DNA from: Pelomyxa schiedti
Lineage: Eukaryota > Protista > Evosea
Assembly (NCBI GenBank): GCA_020536535.1
Contig: JAHLWZ010000936.1
Location: 1-40,942, forward strand
Direction: 5' to 3'
DNA length: 40,942 bases
The notes under the pieces are model-generated. The model was not told the origin of the DNA and ran no database searches. It was given only the letters and a program-made list of their open reading frames with translations. Shown in pieces: positions 32,560-40,942 of the stretch. Position 1 is the stretch's first letter, and each line of letters opens with the position of its first letter. The translations under genes and the position numbers were made by a program.

Positions 32560-34897
32560 ATGTCTAAACCAATGATCACTGAGGTGGTGAATGGTGGATG
32601 TGGTGGTAGTGGGAGAGGTGTTTGCGTGGGTCGGTCCAAGTTGTATTACATTGATCACTTCATTTGCACACTTGAAATCAGATACCCATCAGTGGTCTTG
32701 GCACTGTAGTTTTGCTGGGTTTTTTTTTGAGATCACTAACGGGCCTCTTTTTTTCTCGTTTCTCGCTAGGCCTCATGAACTGCGATTTGATCACAATGAT
32801 AACATGACTTCAGCTCCAGCGATGAAACATTATTTCACTGTATGTNNNNNNNNNNNNNNNNNNNNNNNNNNNNNNNNNNNNNNNNNNNNNNNNNNNNNNN
32901 NNNNNNNNNNNNNNNNNNNNNNNNNNNNNNNNNNNNNNNNNNNNNTTTTGAGATCACTAACGGGCCTCTTTTTTTCTCGTTTCTCGCTAGGCCTCATGAA
33001 CTGCGATTTGATCACAATGATAACATGACTTCAGCTCCAGCGATGAAACATTATTTCACTGTATGTCTTCATCACTTCTGAAAAAACTTGCTGATAAGCA
33101 AGAGGCCACAGCTGTTGATAGGCTGGCGGAGCTTGCTTCTTTTAAAAAGCACATGCTTTTCAACAACAGGGATGAACCAAGGCCAAGTCCACTTGTATTA
33201 AGTGTATTTTCCAAACACAGTAATCTAACTTTACTTTCAGCACCTTGTCCACACATTCTCTGAGCTGGGTTACAAAATGTATTTGCAGCCTTCTAAAGAC
33301 TTTTCTCCTGGAAGTCCTCTAACTGTTGGTTTTCGCTCTGTTCCAATGTAAACTCTTAGCTCCGTTCGTTGTTAGTTCTTAAATTTTTTTATTTTTGTAG
33401 TTCATCCCCACATCCAACAGTACCCCTGGAGGAACCTGCAAGAGTATCCTCCAACACCGCAACAGAGATATACACGTGTCCTTTTGAGGCACTAACAAAG
33501 CTGGTTTGAAAGTGGTACCATTGCACTCAACTAACACAAATAAGATTGAAAAGTCAGTTTATACAGGGGCAGCGCAAATCCACATTGAGTGGAACGAGGA
33601 ATATGATGAACCTATGGTAATGGTGCTAGACAATGGAGGTGGAATGACACACACTAAAGTGAATGGTAGGCACGCACACACTCATTTTTTTATCTGACAT
33701 TTCCTAGAGTTACTTCAGTCAAATTCACACACCCCTGGACTTTTTACAGGTTTTATACTTAGGCCACTATAAAAAAATAACCTGGTATGGCAGGGTCACT
33801 GAGAATTGCGCAGAAGGCTTTAGTGTTTACTATCTCCAACAAAACTGCTTCAGTGGGGTTGTTTTCTGACGCCGGTCAACGGATGTCGGTAACATTCTTG
33901 TAAGTAAGAATAGTTCTTTCAACGTGTAATTACAGTTTGACAGGTATCCCTCCCTTGTCCTTGATGCTGGAGCCCAATCTCGAATCGAAGCTGAGGAAAT
34001 TCTGGATCAGATATTCCGGCTTTCGCCTATCAAAAGTCAAGTTGGGCTGGGTCTTGTATTTGCCAAAATTCTTGCCCTTTCACATGTATGCCCTCCAAAT
34101 GAAATGACCCCAGTAACAATTTGTACAGGGAATTAATAGGAACGCCGCAACAGGAACCTGCGTTATGCTTTATAATCTTCGCCGAATCGGAGAACAACAT
34201 GAATTAATGCATGTTTCAGAGACAAACGATATATATGTTAGACCAGTGAAAGATTCAATCCCGGCAAGACCTGTAGGCTCCGCAATATGTAGCGCTATTT
34301 ATTAATAATTGGAAAATAGGTTGACATAAACCGGGCTCCAATTTCTTCCCTAAAAGACTACTGTGCAATGCGGATTCAGACAGAACAAGCCAGTTTATTC
34401 CTTTGCGGTCAAGAAGTGCCAACAGTCTGTGTTCATTCCATTGATTCGAAGACTGGAGTGAAGAGTGTCACTACACCAAGTTTACCAAAAANNNNNNNNN
34501 NNNNNNNNNNNNNNNNNNNNNNNNNNNNNNNNNNNNNNNNNNNNNNNNNNNNNNNNNNNNNNNNNNNNNNNNNNNNNNNNNNNNNNNNNNNCGGATTCAG
34601 ACAGAACAAGCCAGTTTATTCCTTTGCGGTCAAGAAGTGCCAACAGTCTGTGTTCATTCCATTGATTCGAAGACTGGAGTGAAGAGTGTCACTACACCAA
34701 GTTTACCAAAAAAGGCAGGAAAAGCCACAACCCTCATTAATAATCATGGCGGTCCTAAGTTGGAACCAACCAAGGAGGAGACGAATAGTGATATTGAGAT
34801 TGCAGAAATAAGTCCTCCAAAGAGGCTAAGAAAACCTCCTACGAGGAAAAGGTATCCTGCAAAGAAATCCAGAGTTCAAAAAACCGAGGAGGAATGA
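32560..34897 (+). CDS. MORC-like GHKL ATPase-fold protein with a degenerate active site, multi-exon (spans two gap artefacts)
   Basis: 'PFEALTKL/IEKS...AAQIHIE...VMVLDNGGGM', 'GSLRIAQKALVFT...TASVGLFS', 'IFRLSP', 'GTCVMLYNLRR', 'NDI', 'SLKDYCA' occur in MORC order. Basic NLS-like tail 'PPKRLRKPPTRKR'. Confidence 0.7.
32725..33066. other. Scaffold gap (100 N, 32846-32945) flanked by a duplicated 121-nt overlap; assembly artefact
   Basis: 32725-32845 is identical to 32946-33066. Confidence 0.9.
34371..34712. other. Scaffold gap (100 N, 34492-34591) flanked by a duplicated 121-nt overlap; assembly artefact
   Basis: 34371-34491 is identical to 34592-34712. Confidence 0.9.
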
Positions 34898-34959
34898 AAA
34901 CCCACCTTGTAACCATATAAACCTGTAAAAAAAAAACCATTTTATTTTCCACTTCATAA

Positions 34960-37245
34960 TCACTCACTGTCCATTGAGTCCTGTTGCTTCCTGCTCTGGT
35001 ATTTCCTGAGTTGGGCAATGAGCTTCCGTGCCAGTGGCATAGCCTCGGTATTCGTGGTGTTCTTTTGTATGATGCGGAGCGTAGTTAGAGTACCACAGTT
35101 AATAAGAAGCTGCTGGAAATGGTTGCTGGAATTTCCTAGTCGCATTGCGGTTGTCAGTGCCTGAGAGAGTGGTCAGCCTTGGTATTTATAGATAATATAT
35201 AATGGAGTACGAACTTCCAGGATTTCGGGAAGCAGCTTGGTGTTCGCCTGTTCGTATTTAAAGCACCCAAGCAGGTCAACAATTGCATGCAGAGCACCTT
35301 GCTTGAACAGCACACTATTCTGAAGATCAGGCCAACACTGTTTTTGCAAAGAATAGGGAATAACTAACTTGGTGACATCATCTGATCCCTTGGTTGCGGC
35401 ATTGCAAACAACAAACGCAGCTTCTTCTCTGACCTCCATTGGTTGGCTGGAGTCCAACAATTCAATAACTCGCTCAAATATACCACGCTCCACAGCAATG
35501 AGGCGGACTTGTTCCCTTTTGACAGTGACATCATTGTTAGTGTTGGTGAGAAACGAAAAGGGTAAGTGAGAGCGATGGGTGTATCGGCATGTATTCGGTG
35601 CGCATAATATACACACCTGGTTCCAGCGGCAATGTTGGAGAGCTTTCAGTGGATGTCAGTGTGTTGTTTTGGGTGTCAATTAAAATAAAACAGATCTGTT
35701 CGGTACACACTCACAAGCCAACATGCCTCCCTCCTCACGCTTTTTTTTGGATTGTTTAATCTGCGAAAAAACGAGAAGCTAAAAGTTAGTAAGAAGTGAT
35801 TATGATGAGGGAACGGCACAAGGGCAATATTCTGGGCAGAACTCCAGCATCAATCACTGCCTGGCAATAATGTTGGTTGGCATTTTTGCTCCAGTAATTT
35901 CAAACCTGTGTTTCTGTATCGCTTTGTTTGTGATTAATGACTGGAAAAACTGTGAGTTGGAAAAACCTCCCAGTGGCAATGGTTCCCACCGCACGTATTG
36001 ATGGAAAGAGCATATTGATATCACCGTGCTGCAAAGGAGAAAGGCAACCAACTTCTAAAGCTCGCATAAGGTGGGCACACATCCCACCTGCAATTACATA
36101 TTTAGAAAAATCAACAATATCAGTTAGATGGCTCAGAGACCTTGGAGTTTTTGAAACAAAAACGAAAAGATATTGGGTGAACGAACCAGCTAGCATTAAT
36201 GACAAGTTCCATATCTGAAGCTTGAAAAAGAGCTGCCAGAGTTGGAAAGATATCACAACTTTGAGCTGTATGGGATAAGTGGAATTACGAGAATTTTTGA
36301 CAGTGCAGTGTACTTGGAATAAAGTATCTGCCAGCTGGTGGAGGTGTCCCTCGACATGCATTGATGAATGCCCAACTCTGGTGTAATTGTAAGGAAAAAA
36401 CCAGTTGTAGAACGAGAGATGGAAGAAAAGACTACTCACTGCAATTTTCAACAACGAGATGTTGTTTTGGAACGTTTGCATTGCCTTGATAATTGCAGGA
36501 ACGAATCCAAGCTCCAATATTTCATTGCGATGAACAACGCTGGTGCTTTCAATATTTCCGAGTGTCCATGCCGCCTGCCCATTTGCCAAAAAAAGAGGAA
36601 AATTAGAAAAATAGTGAAGGAATGGCAAGATAGGAAAGGAACCTGCTCACAGACAAGGGAACTTGCGGAGGAAAGAAGAGTAATGAGGTGAGGAAGAACC
36701 CCAAACTCAACAACTCGGATGGTTTGGGTGGGGTCAGTCCCACTGCAAACTTAGACCCCATATACATAGGTTGAATAACATTCAAAAGGAATAGAAGTCA
36801 GACTTACGGTTGGTGAGAAGCCATAAGGCTTCATATTTCAAGTTAGTGGTGTCAGTCTCAGGAGAAAAACCATGTGACTTTTTTCTCAAATTAAAAAAAA
36901 AAAAAAAAAAAAGAGGAATAAAAGAAATCTACATCGGATAGGAACCGAATAACTTTTGGAATACATCCAGAGGCCAGAACTTCATCGATTGGTGGATTTG
37001 CTGGCAATTAAGAAGAATGACCCAACAAGATGTAGAAGACAACAACAAAAGGATTTCAGTTTATTAGCAATATTGAATTACTTACCATAAGCGACTCGTG
37101 TTCTGATTTGAACGAGAGACTTCATCGCTGTAAGGTAATCGGGAGACATCACTCCCCTGCACATCTCAGCAACTGTACTGACGTCATCACTGCGACCCCC
37201 ACAACCTCTACCCGTTTTCTCAACAGTGGGGCTAGGACACAACAT
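34960..37245 (-). CDS. Importin-alpha-like armadillo repeat protein without an IBB domain, multi-exon
   Basis: 'NPPIDEVLASGCIPKVIRFL', 'KYEALWLLTN', 'CEQ/AAWTLGNI', 'PSIRAVGTIATG', 'WL/LSNIAAGT', 'EVREEAAFVVCNA'. Confidence 0.85.
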
Positions 37246-37314
37246 CGAAAAAAACCAAGTTCTGTGTGACGAGCGAAATTTTCAAACGTTTGAACGACCG
37301 ATCAAGCTGTGAGA

Positions 37315-37975
37315 ATGTTGCAGAACATTAAGTGCGTAGTTGTTGGAGATACATTTGTGGGCAAGACGTCCATGTTGATGACTTACACGACCGGGGAATT
37401 CCCAAGTGAGTACGTGCCACCCCTGATGGGCAACTACAGCGCCTCGCTGATGATAAACGATGGAGCGAACACCGTGGACCTGGGATTGTGGGACACCAGA
37501 GGCAGCCCCGACGATTATATGCTGGTAGATACTATAGTAGTTTCATTCCAAATTCCCGTTTGCTTGTCCCTACATTACTTCACAGAGGCCACTTTCATAC
37601 TCTCAAACTGATGTATTCATCATTGCCTTCTCAGTGGCCTACGCTCCATCATTTGAGAATGTCTGCACCAAATGGTACCCCGAGATAAACCACCACTGCC
37701 CAGAGGCACGCTACATACTTGTGGGAACAAAGACTGATCTCAGGGATGACGACGATTCTAGCAAAAATACAGAACCAAAAACAACAGCAACAAACAAAAT
37801 CACATATGAACAAGGAATTGCAAGGGCAAAGGAGATAAATGCATTCAAGTATGTGGAGTGCTCTGCATTAAAAAACAGGGGCCTCAAAGAGGTATTTGAA
37901 GAGGCTGTGAAGTGTGTATTCATTCCACCCTCTACTTCTAGTACAAAGGAGAAAGGTGGGTGTATCCTTATGTAA
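37315..37975 (+). CDS. rac: Rac/Rho-family small GTPase, atypical; intron 37525-37585; CAAX 'CILM'
   Basis: '[17 protein letters not shown]', 'LGLWDT', '[12 protein letters not shown]', '[11 protein letters not shown]', 'LVGTKTDLR', 'YVECSAL'. Confidence 0.9.
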
Positions 37976-38076
37976 CTTATCAAATGAACAACATTCGTTG
38001 TAGGATACACTGTAAATAAATATTTTTCGGGCTAAAGACTTACAAAGGAATTCATTGCGGAGCGTGGAGATTGTTG

Positions 38077-40942
38077 TTAGGATGTCATTGTTCTCCACCT
38101 TTCAAGGTTCTCCCATGCCCTTTTTTCAAGGATTTCAAAATTGGGGAATAGCACCGTAATAGTCTTTAGCAGAGGTATCACAATCAACGGAATGAACCTA
38201 TTGGGATGATTAAGTAGCTACAGTGCCGGGTTTTGTTCTTACGTGTTTTGCATTTCCTGAGGTGTTGTGGAACCATCCATGAATTTACTTGTTGGTATCC
38301 CTTGCCGCTTTTCTTCTTCTCCCTGACTTTTGAATTCACTGGGCAAAAAAAGTGAGTATTTTGGCAAAATTAAATATTCTACCTCACGAGGTTGAAAGTC
38401 CACTGCTTGCAAACTGTATGGAAGGTAACTAAGAATCACAGGTAGGGAATGTTGAGAACACACCCGGCCAGTCCCTGATTACATTTGAAAGGTCTGCAAT
38501 CTTCATAAGAACCTGAAGTACCAGCATTTTGTTCGCCTTGACAGATTGCGGATCTCCACTGCCGCTTCCACTTCATGGTTTCCATTATGTCAATGTGCTT
38601 CGCCATGTCAGTCGCCAGAATCATGCTCATTACGGTGCTGTGAACGTGAAGTTGGTCGTCTGCTGAGAGCTTGTGGAGTGCCCGGCACTGCTGCCGGAAG
38701 AACAGAACTTCAAGGGCAGAAGCTGCGTGCATTCTTTCCAGAACAGCATCGCCATNNNNNNNNNNNNNNNNNNNNNNNNNNNNNNNNNNNNNNNNNNNNN
38801 NNNNNNNNNNNNNNNNNNNNNNNNNNNNNNNNNNNNNNNNNNNNNNNNNNNNNNNGTGCTGTGAACGTGAAGTTGGTCGTCTGCTGAGAGCTTGTGGAGT
38901 GCCCGGCACTGCTGCCGGAAGAACAGAACTTCAAGGGCAGAAGCTGCGTGCATTCTTTCCAGAACAGCATCGCCATAGTGCACATATATCGGGTTCAGTG
39001 TTGTTCTCAGGAAGTTGTTATTCACTCCCGGGTGCTGGGTTTGGTTAGAGAGTTATGAAGCTGATCGGTAGGTACCTTGTAGTCGTGAGATAGTGCTGCA
39101 ATTACACAAGCTAGTTTGTCTAGGGGTGATAGACAGGCTTCAAACTCAGCAGAGGAGTGCATAGCCATTTGTAGGAGAACGTGTAGTGCTTGTGTCACAT
39201 CGGCAGCATGCAGGTAGTTGTGGAAGGGATTGGTGTGCTCAGCATAGCCTTCCTTGAGCTGATCCGTGAAGGAGAGGAAGTTGTGGACATCCAAGTGAAG
39301 ACTGGGTGATTGATGTGGAAGAAGCCGGTGTTCTGAGAGTATGTTAAATCCAACAGCGCTAAGGAGGTTTTCTTTTTTCATAGAAACTTGGTTGTCCAGC
39401 TGGTTTTGAGGGAATGTTAGCTAAATTCCCGCAAGTGAAGAATTTGATTTACGCACAGAGAATACATCAAAACTCCAATCATGGAGAGATGGAATATCGT
39501 CAGCTTCATGCACAGACAAATCGGCATCATCTGCTGACCTAGGGAAAGAAAGACCGCTCATACTTGTGTTTGCACTTCGCCCTTGGCTTCTCAGGTGATA
39601 GTGCTTAGTAGATTGTCTAGCATGTATCTTTTTGAACTCCGCAGTTCTTTCATCAACCTCCATTCCACAGTCCAGGATGAACTGGTGCTGATTCTCAGTC
39701 AATTCAGATTGCGGCTTAACGGTGGTAAAGTTCCTTGTAACAAGAAGCATGTTAGCAAGCTTGAGTACTTCAACGTCTTCAGGGTCTAACTCAGGATTGG
39801 ACGCGAGCCTGGAGATAACAGTTGTTACCTTGGTTTGTCACTAACGGTCTCCATCAGAGAAATTCTAGAAAGTATACCTTGTCAAGGCCGGAGCTTAATG
39901 CCCCTACAGCAACGTCATCACCAGTGACTTTCATTTTGGTAAGCTGCTGCTCTGCCTCCTCAAGTTTCATATGAAGATCAGCAACCTGGAGATATAATTA
40001 ATTCACTAAGAGAAAATTTACAGTAGACCTTGTGGGAGAGATGGTTGTATTGCCTTTTCACACCAACATAAATAGCTATGGAGACAGAGACAATGAGCAC
40101 CACGCAAGCCATTACGATGGAGATTGTGATTATACTTTTCAAAGCGGCCTGTTGTTCACTGAGGGCCTCCTCCTTATCAACGACTGAAATCACAATCCAA
40201 TTTGCGGTGGGTATTTGTGCCCAAGAGATGATTGTTTCCCTCTTGTTGAGAATAACTTCGCAACAACCAGTGACATTATTCCCTTCTTCAGTAGCAAGGA
40301 TGGAATCATTTATTGGTTTTCCAACACTGGAGAAGTCTTCATTCTGTAACTGAGATTAGACAATGCGACTGGGGAAGTAAAACTCACAGTGAAAATGTTC
40401 CAGAATTTGGGATCAAAGGAGTTTTTTTCCATTTCTTGGGTAAAGTTGAAGTCCTCTTCCCCTAACGACCAGTCCTTCCAACCCCTCTCGGGTATGGCAA
40501 GCAGAGTTCCATCACTTGATGTGATCAATGAATACCCTTTGTATAGCATCAGGTTGCTAACTGTATCCATGTAATCAATGGTTTCGCTACCAAGTTGTTA
40601 GGCAACGTCTAAATAAGAAGGGAATTCTTACCTGATGTAGAGCTGAAGGGCAGACAGTCCAAGCAGGCTTCCAGAGAGATATACCGGAGCATAGAAACGA
40701 GTTTTCCAACCACCACGTCCAACAACAGGGTCAATAAGTGGCGGAGTCCATGTTGGCTCTGTCAGCCCCAAGTGAGTTTGAATCTCTACAAAGGCATCCA
40801 AAATTGCAGAAGACATATTGCGCATATCAAACCAAGGTGACATCCGTGCAAAAGAGGGAGTTATCACCGTGACACCGCTGATTAGATATTTGCTCATAAA
40901 TGATTCCGCGAGTTCATTAGGATAAGGCGTTTGGCTCCACAT
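38077..40942 (-). CDS. Membrane class I 3',5'-cyclic nucleotide phosphodiesterase with an N-terminal dCache-like sensor and a TM helix (5'-truncated), multi-exon
   Basis: PDEase_I motifs 'NPFHNYLHAADVTQ', 'AALSHDYK/HPG', 'VLERMH', 'ILATDMAKH', 'MKIADLSN'. TM 'SIITISIVMACVVLIVSVSIAIYVGV-KR'. Cache-like strands 'WTPPLIDP', 'FYAPVY', 'GYSLITSSDGTLLAIP', 'NWIVISVVDKEEAL'. Confidence 0.85.
38635..38976. other. Scaffold gap (100 N, 38756-38855) flanked by a duplicated 121-nt overlap; assembly artefact
   Basis: 38635-38755 is identical to 38856-38976. Confidence 0.9.

Noticed and set aside
32725-38976. Three apparent tandem duplications around N runs
   Set aside because: Each is exactly 121 nt, identical, and abuts a 100-N gap inside a gene whose frame is restored by merging. 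This is an unmerged contig overlap (k-mer artefact), not biology.

Overview
Gene-dense eukaryotic (protist) DNA with about 20 protein-coding genes, very short intergenic gaps and many 40-80 nt GT-AG introns. The style and gene families suggest an amoebozoan, probably an archamoeba such as Pelomyxa (inference, not verified). Two gene classes are interleaved. Class 1 is intron-dense conserved genes: a 3xCH-DH-PH RhoGEF, a NAA60-like GNAT, glycogen phosphorylase, a group II PLP decarboxylase, two dual-specificity phosphatases, an F-box protein, a Rogdi/Rav2-domain protein, a degenerate MORC-type GHKL protein, an IBB-less importin-alpha, an atypical Rac, and a membrane class I phosphodiesterase with a bacterial-type dCache sensor. 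Class 2 is intronless or intron-poor expanded families: five members of a family with an N-terminal 'ARxQxxAxxxxxHxRCGxxSPAR' motif and a beta-rich body, and two ankyrin-like repeat genes, with CpG-rich 5' ends and CpG-poor bodies. The best candidates for novel biology are the dCache-TM-PDE receptor and the modular family repertoire with local gene conversion. Three 100-N gaps are each flanked by an exact 121-nt duplication, which is an assembly artefact. All exon structures were inferred by eye.
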